A stretch of DNA of 44,567 nucleotides from Chiloscyllium plagiosum (Eukaryota): positions 11,858,941 through 11,903,507 of the forward strand of contig NC_057720.1 of assembly GCF_004010195.1 (NCBI RefSeq), written 5' to 3'. Position numbers and translations under genes: made by a program. The notes beneath the pieces were generated by a model, which saw nothing but the letters and a program-made list of their open reading frames with translations, searched no databases and was not told where the DNA came from. Below are positions 34,560-44,567 of the stretch, in pieces. How positions within the stretch are numbered: position 1 is the stretch's first letter; every line of letters begins with the position of its first letter.

Positions 34560-34686
34560 AAACAAGTGCAGATGCTGGAAATCAGAAACAAAATCAGAAA
34601 TTGCTCAAGAAACTCAAAGGTCTGACAACATCTGCAGAGAGAAATCAGAGATAACATTTCAGGTCCAGTGACCCTTCTGCAGAATG
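34560..34686 (-). mobile_element. Penelope-like terminal remnant (family 2)
   Basis: tgcagatgctggaaatcagaaac...gagataacatttcaggtccagtgacccttctgcagaa; minus strand CUGCAGA-A-GGGUC ACUG GACCU-GAAAUGUU. Confidence 0.7.
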
Positions 34687-35305
34687 GCAACTTTTGTTTT
34701 TATTAAAAGCCCAGTATATTACTGAAGCCCTTCAAAAAAATCAGAACCTGCCACCACTGCCTGCAGTTCCACATCACATGGCTGGCTCTTCACACTATTT
34801 TCAGATTGGTTCTAAACATGTCCTACGATCCCAGAGCTCAGGTGAAAGGAGTTCTTCTGTCCATTTGATCTTATCTGCAAGCAACCTTCAAGTTCCCATC
34901 ACAGCTTTGCAATCTGATCAATAATATATTTGCATCTCTGACAATGGAGTAACGGCTCCCCATCACAGCAGAGTGACAGAGTCGTTTCTGCATTCAGTGT
35001 AGTATGGTGGGGTCAAGGCCCAGAGCACTCTGACCACATTCTGCAAGTCGTCACCAAATTTTCGAATGCAATAATGTACCTGTACGGCTGTCTTTGTTTC
35101 CTTCTATGTTAATAACTTGTAAAATAGCCTGACAGCCAATGGGAGAAACCAACACAAAGGATAGTCTTCACTCACCAGATATGTAATTGTCTAGCTCAGT
35201 TGGGAATCTTAGTGAAAATACAGATAGAAAAAAAGGAAAAAGAGGTCCTTACTACTACGACTCCAAAAAACAGAAAACACACTTAAGGACCTGACTATGA
35301 CTTAC

Positions 35306-35444
35306 CTGCTGTTGGAGATTTTCCACAAAAGTAATGGGCTCCTTCAACCCTTCCTTCTGATGTCTGCTTAAACATTCCAAGTCTTGAATAGCTTGGGCTC
35401 GCTGAGCTTCCAGTACAGCGATGGTCTGTAGCAGCCTCTGGTAA
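35306..35444 (-). CDS. ZZZ3: ZZZ3 internal coding exon A (139 nt): (D)[46 protein letters not shown]
   Basis: Acceptor ttttttttgttcag|T TAC CAG and donor CAG|gtaagt. Peptide matches the conserved ZZZ3 helical segment. Lies in ORF 35255..35452(-). Confidence 0.95.
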
Positions 35445-36089
35445 CTGAACAAAAAAAATCAAGTTATTCTGAAGAAAGCAAGAGCGACACTTGCACAAGT
35501 TTAAAACATGTAACTTGACCAAGAAGTAGAATGAGGTTCCCCTCCTTGCTTTCTTCAAGTACACCATCTATAGCTTTAGAAATATTACAAAAATTGCTCT
35601 ATCTGCTAACTTTGCATATATTAGCAAGTACCGTGTACAGACATCGAATTGAAATGGCTTTGAATTCAACACAAACTGACGGCAGATAAACAACTTTGTT
35701 ATTTACTTATTCAACTGTTAGGCTGTTCTTATATAGTTCCAAGTAAAGAAGCCCACCGAATCTCAATCTTAATGCCAGTAATCAGACCTTCAACACAGAT
35801 CTTCAATCAGATATTCAGCTAAACTATTTTCACACAAAGGATACAAGAAAGGCCACTTAGGGAATGGCAGCACAACAGCATTTGGTAAGGTATCAATAAG
35901 TGTTATTATGACTTGAAGTTGCTCGTGTAGATGAGAGGTCCATCCACACAAGGAAGAATCCTGGTGCTAGAAATGGGGATATGTTTTTAATGTCAGGTGT
36001 AATGAGCACTCGATACTAAACAGAATTTGGCAAGCCCAAGGAATTAAAGTGCAATATTCTTAAGTGTATATAGTCATGGCCTTTTCATA

Positions 36090-36700
36090 ATTATAGAATA
36101 ATACAGCACAGAAGGACCATTTACCACATTGCACTTGTGTTGACTCATGCTGAATTACCCAATTAGTCCCTGTTCTTTTGCCTTAGCCATGAAATACTGT
36201 GCAAATAGTTTTTCTTCAAGTATTTAACAACACCCTTTCCAACTTTATTACTGAATTTGATTCCTCCATCTTTTCAGACAGTACATTTCACACAATGAGC
36301 TAGAGTGAGGCTAACAGAGGTTTCCTCACAAACCCATGTGACAATCACGTTCAAAGAACAACCTCAGAGTTGGAAACCCTTCTGACAAAGTAAATGCTTC
36401 GGAACTGTTTCCTGTATCAAAATCATTCACTAATTTGAACGCCTCCATTAACCTTCTCTGCTCCAGTAGGAGTAATCTTGTGTTCTCTCACCATGAGACA
36501 GATCTGAAGTCCCACACCCCAGCACTACTTTACTAAGTCCCTTTTGCATTCTTACTGAAGCCTTGTCAAACTTCCAAAAGTGTGATACCTAGAATGCAAG
36601 ACAATACATCAGCAACAGCCTAATCAGTGTTGTTTAAAGGTTTAACATAACTTCTTTGCTTTTGGACTCTAGGCTGCTATGTATAAGTCAAGGATCTCTT
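36090..36700 (-). mobile_element. Old CR1 3' portion
   Basis: tagaataatacagcacagaaggacc tail and antisense CR1 motifs (aaggtttaacataacttctttgcttttggactct). Confidence 0.6.
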
Positions 36701-37330
36701 TCTCATTCATTCATTATGGGACGTGAGCATCACTGGCTAGGCAAGCATTTTTTGCCTGCCCCTGTTGCCCCCAAGAAGGTAGCAAGCTATCTTGAACCGC
36801 TACGGTCCTTTGAATGTAGGGTGACCACAATGTTGTTTAGGAAGGGAGTTTCAGGATTTTGACTCATGGGCAGTGAAGGAACAACAGTACAGTTCCAAAT
36901 CAGGATGCTCTGTGCCTAAAAGAGGAACTTCCAAGGTGGTGGTGCTCCCGTGTATCTACTGGTTTTGTGCTTCTAGGCAGTAGAGGTCATGGTTGTGAAA
37001 TGTGCTGCCGGACAGCTATCACAGTACATCTTGTAGCTGGTACACACTGCTGTTCCTGGGCCTCAGTGGTGAGGGGAAATGAACGTTGAAGGTAGTAGAT
37101 GGGATGCCAAGAAGTAAATGCTTTGCCCTGGATGATATCAGCTTTTTGAGTGTCACTGGAGCTGAACTCATCCAGACAAGTGGTAAATATTTCATCACAC
37201 TTCTGGCTTGTGCATTGGGAAGTTGGACAAGTTACTTGCCACAGTATTCCTAGACGTTGACCTGCTCTTGTAGCCACAGTATTTATACGGCTGGTCCATT
37301 TCAGTTTCTGGTCAATGGTAACCCTGAGAT
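36700..37330 (-). mobile_element. L2/Crack-like LINE 3' portion
   Basis: ORF 36987..37367(-) LRVTIDQKLKWTSRINTVATRAGQRLGILWQV; tail tcattcattcat. Confidence 0.8.
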
Positions 37331-38046
37331 GTAAATACCACGTGTCATTTAAAGACCTTCTCAACATGTCCTGCCACTTTCAAAGACTTCGGCAAACATA
37401 ACTCCAGATCCAAGGAACAAGGAATCTTTATTTTGGAGACCCCTTTTTGAGAAAAAAGACAGTTGCATTGCTTAATTTTACTGAGGACTGTCATTTGATT
37501 TTTCGGGCCCTTTTTTCCATTTTCACTAACTCAATCCTTACCAAAACAGTTAACACACAGAGTTCAGAATACCATTCGCCCTGAACTTTTTCTCTCCAAT
37601 TTGAATTCTAAACACCAATCTCTACTTACAGCTGAGCATATCCTTAGGTATCATCCACCTCAGTCAGCTCCCCTCCACCAAACATCACTATGCCTGCCTG
37701 ATCCTAGGAATTTATCAATTCACCATTGCACCTGCAGGATGCGAATTTTCCTCCAGAATTTCTTGTATTTTTTCACCCAAACTTGAATATGCCTGCACTG
37801 TAAAGCCCATGAAACCTCTCGCAATTACACATTATAGACTTATCAACAAAACAGTTCTGGAGTTGCCAGCTATTGCTTGTGCCAATTTTTTTTCAAGTTC
37901 AGGTTTTATTAGTTTTCAAGATAGGTTTGCCTGCGTTTAGTAACTGATACAAGACTGTTTGTTGCTTATACTTAAACTGTTTACATGTCTCACACTTTGA
38001 TGCCTACTTTCCTTGGTCCTTTCTCTCTCAAGTTTTTTCTTTTTGT

Positions 38047-38360
38047 ATAGAATCCCTACAGTGTGTAAACAGGCCATTTGGCTCAACTCTCCAAACAGCA
38101 TCCCAACTACACTAACCCCTCTATCCTATCCCTGTAACCCTGCATGCCCCATGGCTAATCCATCTAACTTACATATTCCTGTACACAATGGGCAACTTAG
38201 CATGGCCAATCCATCTAACCTGCTCATCTTTGGACTGTGGGAGGAAACCCATGCAGACAAAGTGCAAACTCCTTACAGATGGTCGCAGAGCCTGGAATTG
38301 AACCCAGGTCCTTGGTGCTGTGAGGCAACAGTGCTAAGCAATGAGCCACCGTGCCACCCT
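38047..38360 (-). mobile_element. HE1-type V-SINE (diverged)
   Basis: atagaatccctacagtgtg tail ... gtgctaagcaatgagccaccgtgccacc head. Confidence 0.85.
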
Positions 38361-39242
38361 CTTCTCATCAGAAACCTCCTGGTTCCAGAGATGTTGATGG
38401 ATTGAAGTGCGCAGTGGGAAGTCTCCTGCAAGACAACAGCAGGACTGTCTGGGAATGATCATTCTTTGAGTTCCAACAGCAGGTTCTCTCACTCCTGACA
38501 CTGCTGCTCGTTCAGAGAATCTGAACCTCGAGAAGCAACAAAAGCAGGAGGGAGAGCACCTGCTACTGGAAGATCTATAGCAGCGAGTGTGGGACAGATA
38601 GAATTTGAAATTGGAGGGCCCCCTGACTGATTCTGATTTACCTGCTTGCTGCTCTGCCAAACAAAGCACACATGGGCCACCTTCTTCATAGTACCGCAGT
38701 TACTGTGCGTTTGCAAATTTCACTGGTCTGTCTATAGCCTCTTGGCATCCTGAAATATATTACTTTTTTGTATTAAATGTATTAAATTGTTTAATATATT
38801 TAGTGCCAACTGCAAACTTTGTAATTATGCCATACAAGCCACTAGTATATATTGAAAAGAACATTTTTTTTTGGCAAGGTGTACTGGAACCAACTAATAG
38901 AATCTGAAAACAACCATTCACTACAAACACCCATCATCTTTTATCGTTCCCAAATTTAACATCCCAATGGCATTGTCTCTATAATCCCACGGGCTGTGAT
39001 GTCACTAAGATTATGATACTTCATTAAACATCTTTGGTAAATTAGTTTTCACATCAACCACACTCATCAAACTTGCCTCTTAATACCTCAAAAAATATTG
39101 TTTAGTTAACAGCTTTAATGTTATTTCTATAATGGGAGCTCCCAAAACCTTACGTAAGATTTCACTGGTCAAATCAAACTTTGTTAAATTTGTGCCTTCC
39201 TAATTCACTTTGCCCTACATATAAACTCAAGTTTGAAATTAT

Positions 39243-39345
39243 TCACAACAGAAATTAATGGAAAATCTCATCAGGTCTGGCAGGATCAATGCAGAAAAAT
39301 AATCAGAGTTAACACTTCAGGTCCCGTGACCCTTTTTCAGTACTG
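39243..39345 (-). mobile_element. Penelope-like terminal remnant (family 2)
   Basis: ggaaaatctcatcaggtctggcag...cagagttaacacttcaggtcccgtgaccctttttcagtact. Confidence 0.6.
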
Positions 39346-39439
39346 GAATCACCTCACTCAACAATCTTTCACACTATCGTGTTTTCTGACCAGAGATTGG
39401 TCTAACGAAACAAATACAAGAAACTACAAGAGGTCAGAA

Positions 39440-40080
39440 ATTAGGCAGACTCACCTCCGCACTCCTCTAGGTCTGCCCATCATCTATAATGGTGCAGACT
39501 AAGTCATATGATGGGATACTCTCCACTTGCCTGGATGGGTGTAGCTCCAATAACACTTAACAAACACACCATCCAGCTGGACTGACATGCCATCAATGCT
39601 CAAATATTTACTCCTCCCACAAGCGGATCACAGTGGGTATAATGTGCACGCCATGCAAGATCTATTCGTTTGGGCTACTTCAACAACACTGCCATTACTT
39701 AGAAAGACAGCAGGCATGCAAAAGCACCAAAACCTGCAAGTTCCCTCCAATTCAAAGCCACTCTGGTTTTGAAATATTGCTGTTCTATCAATAGGCCACA
39801 GCTTCTCTCCCAGACAGTACTGTGGAAGCACTTCTACCACAAGCCATAGAGTCAGAGATAGACAGCATGGAAACAGACCCCACAGTCCAACTTGTCCATG
39901 CCGACCAGATATCCTAATCTAGTCCCATTTGCCAGTACTTGGCCCATATCCCACTACACCCTTCCTATTATTGCAACAGTTCAAGAGAGCAGCCCACCAC
40001 TACATCAAAGGGACTTAGGAATGAACAAATATCAACTTCAGCCGTGCCATCCACATCTTCTGAATGAACAAAACAAACTT
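39440..40080 (+). mobile_element. L2/Crack-like LINE 3' part with a short antisense HER1/CR1 tail inserted at about 39845-39970
   Basis: gatgggatactctccacttgcctggatgggtgtagctccaa (EYSPLAW.G.AP). The insert catagagtcagagatagacagcatggaaacagaccc is the reverse complement of the 19950-20012 tail. Confidence 0.7.
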
Positions 40081-40289
40081 GTCTGATTCCAAATATTTTT
40101 CTTAATCTCCATTCCCAAATAATCATGAACTACCCTAGACAAGTCATGTGAAAATATGTATACAATGGAAGTCTTCGATGTCTAGCCAACCGCTACTTGC
40201 AATAAAATCTGGACTCGATGTGCAGTTCAATCACTTTAGAGCTGAACACTTTCTTCCATGCCTTTTACCCACTCCCTACTCCCAGATCC

Positions 40290-40640
40290 TGTCATGCCAT
40301 AGGTGACTTCCAGCACAGCCAACCTACTTTCATCCACTCATAGTCCCCAATATCACTAATATAGCTTCTCTTCTTCCCTATCAACAATCCCTTTGACTGC
40401 CTAACATTCCCCTCCCCACTCTCTCTCCAGGCTCGATGACGGTCTACCCACACATTCCTTTTCCCTACCCAACTCCTGACATCAGCATACATACCACTTT
40501 TTCGGTGATAAAAGTTCTGAAGAAAGGTCACTGGGCTCAAAGTATTAACTGCTTACTCTCCACAGATCTGCCAGAGCTGCTGAGTTCTCCAGCAATTTAA
40601 TTTTGTTTCAGATTTCTAGCAGTTGCAGTTCTTTGTTTTA
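40290..40640 (+). mobile_element. Penelope-like fragment ending in a family-2 terminus
   Basis: agtt-CTGAAGA-aaggtcactgggctc-aaagtatt-aact...cacagatctgccagagctgctgagttctccagcaattt...gcagttctttgtttt. Confidence 0.6.
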
Positions 40641-41874
40641 TTGCATTATATAACGCAGTACTTCTACATCAACAATGCAAAAGAACTTCACAGAGTTTCT
40701 CAAGTATTCAGATACGGAATAGATGGTGTTGACTCTCCATCAACATCATGGAAATTAGGTAAGGCATCAGCACCGCTTTTGCAAGATGCTTTGTAAGGCG
40801 AGAGCACTGGATCTTCCTTCATGCAGTCTTTTAGACAGATACAATGACCACTCTCAGAAAGCTAGCCTGGAACATGCACAAGCACTTACAGAACTGCAAA
40901 CATCATACTCAGTTTATGTTACAGTGCCTCCACACAACAAATTTCCCACTGAAGCAGAAAGCTTTCAGCTTTACACGAAAGTAATGCTTAAGAGGAGTAA
41001 AGTGGATGCCACTGGATTCAGGCTGTACTTATGTTACTAACGCACCTTAAAAGAAACCACTTCATACCAATGGTGCAGCTGCAGTATGAATGCACTTTTA
41101 AACACACGTCCTGGTCTAATGTAAACATATCTAGTGCAGCTCCACTAAACTGCTCAATACTTTTTTAACGAACCAATTCAGCAAGTTAGTCTTGAAATCC
41201 ACTCAAGAAAGGCCTGTGCATGATGTTACACTGAGATTGAGGCTACAGCTTCTGGCAGTCAGGCATAAACTCAAAGCAGTTAAAGTGAGGACATCTGAAT
41301 TAAGAAACAGACGAGTGAATTTGTGTGTGTTATGGAATGTTAAAGGGAGGGAAGTCAATGATGTGTGCAATGAGCAAGCTTGGGTGGTGGCTACTTCAAA
41401 GGGGAAGGGGGATGGGATTAAGTAACACAAGACATTTAAGCACCTTGAGTTTTTCTGCTGTTGTTAAACAAGACCATGGAAAAAAACTGCTTTCAGCTCT
41501 CATCCTCAATGCATTTGTTTGACAAAATTCTAGCAATCTCAGATTTGAAATTAACACCAACTACTACTTGCAGGATAGTGTTCCAAACTTCTGCCATCCT
41601 TTGTATGTGAATGAGTTTCTTAATGGTCATTGGCTATGGTCTGGCTGTAATTTTTAACCTTAGCCTAGACTGATCAACAGTGAAATAGGGTAGAAAGAAT
41701 ATCTTGAAAGTTTGCTCAAATCACTCTCGAATCTTCTGAGTTTCAGGGAATGCAACCCGATATTGCATAATCTCCTCTCAATTTAATCCTTAGAGTTGAG
41801 GGTTCATGTTGGTAAATTTATACTGCACTCCCGCCAGAATCAACATATCATTCCTACTAAGGCAATGAAGTGAA

Positions 41875-42195
41875 TAGATTAGATTAGATTCCCCACAGTG
41901 TGGAAACAGACCCTTCGGCCCAACCAGTTCACACCGACCCTCCGAAGAGTAACCCACCCAGTCCCATTTCCCTCTGACTAATGTACCTAACACTATGGGC
42001 AATTTAGCATGGCCAATTCACCTGACCTGCACATCTTTGGACTGTGGAGGGAAACCGGAGCATCCGGAGGAAACCTACGCAGACATGGGGAGAATGTGCA
42101 AACTCCACACAGACCTTTGCCCAAGGTTGGGATCGAACCTGGGACCCTGGTGCTGTGAGGCAGCAGTGCTAACCACTGAGCTACCATGCCACCCC
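41875..42195 (-). mobile_element. HE1-type V-SINE, full length
   Basis: (agatt)n tail, V-domain and tRNA head. Confidence 0.92.
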
Positions 42196-42461
42196 AAAGA
42201 TGGGGTTGATGCAATGAGTCAAAAGAAGCTTGCTCATTCTGAATATAAATTCTCATCTTCCAACCAAAATGCAGCAGCAAATCACAAATTAGGAGCATGT
42301 TCTTTTCACAAGAAAGAATTTTGCATCTGCTGGTCACAGCACACAGCCAGCTCAAGTAATGGCTTACCTCTGATTGAAAAGTGTAAGGTGTTTCTCCAGA
42401 AGAATACTGACTGCTGCACACTGTCATCTGTTAATGTCAGAAGTTGAGACACAAAGGACCC

Positions 42462-42502
42462 CACATAGAATTCCATGGCTCACATAGAATTCCATGGCTC
42501 AC
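42462..42502. repeat. 19-bp tandem duplication (cacatagaattccatggct x2)
   Basis: Read directly from the sequence. Confidence 0.85.
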
Positions 42503-43994
42503 TGTCTCAGCATCACATTACTTTATTGCAACTGCTAAACATCTCTGCCTTAGTCACACAATGTGCTGCTTGGTCAGTGATCACAAAAGCCCAGCTGAAA
42601 TGTCAGGCCGAAAGAATAAATTCTCATTGAATAGCAGAGCAGGCTCAATGGGCTGAATGGGCTACTTCTGTTTTCACATCTTCTTGACCTTCCTGAAGTA
42701 CTCCAACTTACTTGAATTAAGACAGACCAAACCTATAGGCTGGACGATGGTAATCACATTTCTCAACTAAATAATGCTCCACAAGGTCTGACAGCCAATC
42801 CAATTTCCACTTACGCTGTTTTCAAGCTTCAGTGGACTCGTCTAGCTTAACTTGAACATACACTTCAGAATCAAAGTGTGTGCTGTAGCTACAATGCCTT
42901 TTAAGAAAATAACTGAGAAGCCACCGAGATGGATCAAGATTTAACAGGATCAGGGTAGCACATTTTCAAATGATTAGGAAACATTGCCAGAGTAAGACAA
43001 TTAATTGGATAATTCTGTAAGCATGATGCGCTAAACTGACTCCTCCAGCACTGATTGACTAATAATTCCAAGATGGCGCAGACCAGACAATCAGGATTAG
43101 CTAATGCGGACAACAAACCTTAAGCTTGTAAACAGAAGATGTAGATTTAGGGGTGAAAGGAATTTCTCAGCTTTAGGAGACAAGAAAATTAATGAAATGG
43201 GTGTTGGAGTTTTGATTTCAACATATGAAGACGGTCAACATGGGAGGACAATACTTTTGCAGTTCGGAAGTAATTGGAAAGATCAGATTCCCAGTGAATT
43301 TTCAAATATAACCAGAATGGCATTGCATTGAATTCCAGCAATGTGAGACAGCAGAGGGTTACCACAGGAAAAGGATGCTGGTTGATGAGATTTGTGCTCA
43401 ACCAGAGCTCCTGAAAAGTTAGTTAAGATGAGATAATGATCACCTACTTTCATTGCCAGCTCAACCATTAACCAAAAGTACCATTAACCAACACCTCAAA
43501 AACAAAAAAAGGTACAGGATACTGCTGAAACTTGTCACTTCTTAGCTGAAAAGACACCTTTATGAGAGGTAGAGGAACTCTGAAACGTTGTTAGAGATGT
43601 ATCCTGCAACTGGCTGCTTGTCTCACTGAAGTCATACTTTCAATTGACAAATGCCCCACTATTTTCAGCAGGGAGGCTTCACAGTGGCTGCGGTTAACGG
43701 AGTAGAAATTTCTATTCTAAAGTTCAAGTAGCTCCCACACTGTCGATAGGATTACAATTGTAATGTTCACAAAGGGCTGAAGCACAGCAAGCCTTTTGTC
43801 AGAACAGGTTTCCCATGTCAGATAGCAGACCCATACATGCACACTTAGATATGAAGGAAAGTGAATTAAAGGGAAGAAGATGCCTTCTTGAAAAAAAATT
43901 ATAATGCTCTCTGGAATTCAACATTTCAAAAAGTAGTGGAAACAACACACCTCGTTCAGCATCCCTCATTCATCATCGAGGGGAACCTCTGTTG

Positions 43995-44462
43995 TTTGTG
44001 ATTAGTAAGTTTGCAGACGATACAAAAATTGGTGGAGTCGCAGATAGTGAGAATTGTCAGAGGATACTGCAGGATATAGATCAATTGGAGGCATGGGCAA
44101 AAAAAAATGGTAGATGGAGCTTAATCCCGACAAACGTGAGGTGATGCATTTTGGAAGGTCGAGTGCAGGTGGAAATTATACAGTGAATGGCAGAACCTTT
44201 AGGAGTATCGATATGCAGTGGGATCTGGGCGTGCAGGTCCACACATCATTGAAGGTGGCAGCGCAGGTAGATAAGATAGTAAAAACAAAAAGGCCTTTGG
44301 CATGTTTGCCTTCATTGGAAGGGGCATTCAGTACAAGGATAGACTAGCCAGAACTTTAATTAGGCCACACTTGGAATATTTCTTACAGTTCTGGTCACCC
44401 CACCAAAGGAAGGATGTGAATGCTTTGGAAAGGGTACAGAATAGGTTTACCAGGATGCTGCA
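43995..44462 (+). mobile_element. CR1 LINE RT fragment
   Basis: ISKFADDTKIGG, WAKK/W.MELNPDK.EVMHFGR, DLGVQVH.SLK, LIRPHLEY..QFWSP..RKDV.ALERVQ.RFTRML. Confidence 0.93.
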
Positions 44463-44464
44463 AT

Positions 44465-44567
44465 TCAGGCAGCATCCGAGGACAGGCAAAATCAACGTTT
44501 CGGGCAAAAGCCCTTCATCAGGAATAAAGGCAGAGAGCCTGAAGCGTGGAGAGATAAGCTAGAGGAG
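44465..44567 (-). mobile_element. Penelope-like element (family 1 terminus plus start of body), running off the window
   Basis: tcaggcagcatccgaggacaggcaaaatcaacgtttcgggcaaaagcccttcatcaggaataaagg... shares the family-1 arm but continues into non-palindromic sequence. Confidence 0.7.
44491..44525 (-). ncRNA. Hammerhead ribozyme core motif in a Penelope-like terminus (weak stem I)
   Basis: Minus strand reads AUUC-CUGAUGA-A-GGGC UUUU GCCC-GAAAC-GUU-GAU. Core and stem II are intact; stem I has only 2 bp before a mismatch. Confidence 0.45.

Larger units (their letters stand above)
4819..35444 (-). other. ZZZ3: ZZZ3 gene, internal portion (7 coding exons, 6 complete introns); the gene extends beyond these coordinates on both sides
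   Basis: Seven colinear minus-strand exons splice in frame (139+148+128+72+102+96+156 = 841 nt) into [15 protein letters not shown]...PQRVVQLP...[56 protein letters not shown]...[27 protein letters not shown], recognisable as vertebrate ZZZ3. Confidence 0.96.

Noticed and set aside
41993..42447. Recurrent MVAQWLALLP.../MGNLAWPIHLT... ORFs
   Set aside because: These are spurious translations of HE1 SINE copies.
35445..44567. Upstream large ZZZ3 exon (expected to end near ...FESDHVALKHNK, from memory of human ZZZ3)
   Set aside because: No such peptide or long minus-strand ORF was found; it presumably lies beyond the window.

Overview
Vertebrate genomic DNA, very probably from a shark. The HE1-type V-SINEs, HER1/CR1 LINE 3' ends and shark-type Penelope termini point to this; an orectolobiform such as a bamboo shark is a guess. 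The window lies inside one minus-strand gene, ZZZ3 (ZZ-type zinc finger/SANT protein of the ATAC complex). Seven internal coding exons can be read with GT-AG boundaries and consistent phases (35444-35306, 33793-33646, 32705-32578, 24738-24667, 21107-21006, 18796-18701, 4974-4819; 841 nt), covering the helical region and the Myb/SANT domain. The large upstream exon and the ZZ-finger exons were not found. The introns are mostly decayed CR1, L2 and L2/Crack-like LINEs and HE1 SINEs, plus one solo LTR, a GC-rich minisatellite and three N-gaps. The most interesting signal is a set of short, often hairpin-shaped, TSD-flanked Penelope-derived elements from several sequence families, all carrying a minimal type I hammerhead-ribozyme motif (CUGANGA-stem II-GAAA-NUH). 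One copy (17875-17912) is intact on the ZZZ3 sense strand. Other leads are a candidate poison/micro-exon, a sense solo LTR next to a splice acceptor, an extended CTCF motif, and a contig of exactly 20,000 bp between two 500-N gaps. Repeat family names and human ZZZ3 comparisons are from memory, not database searches, and repeat boundaries are approximate.
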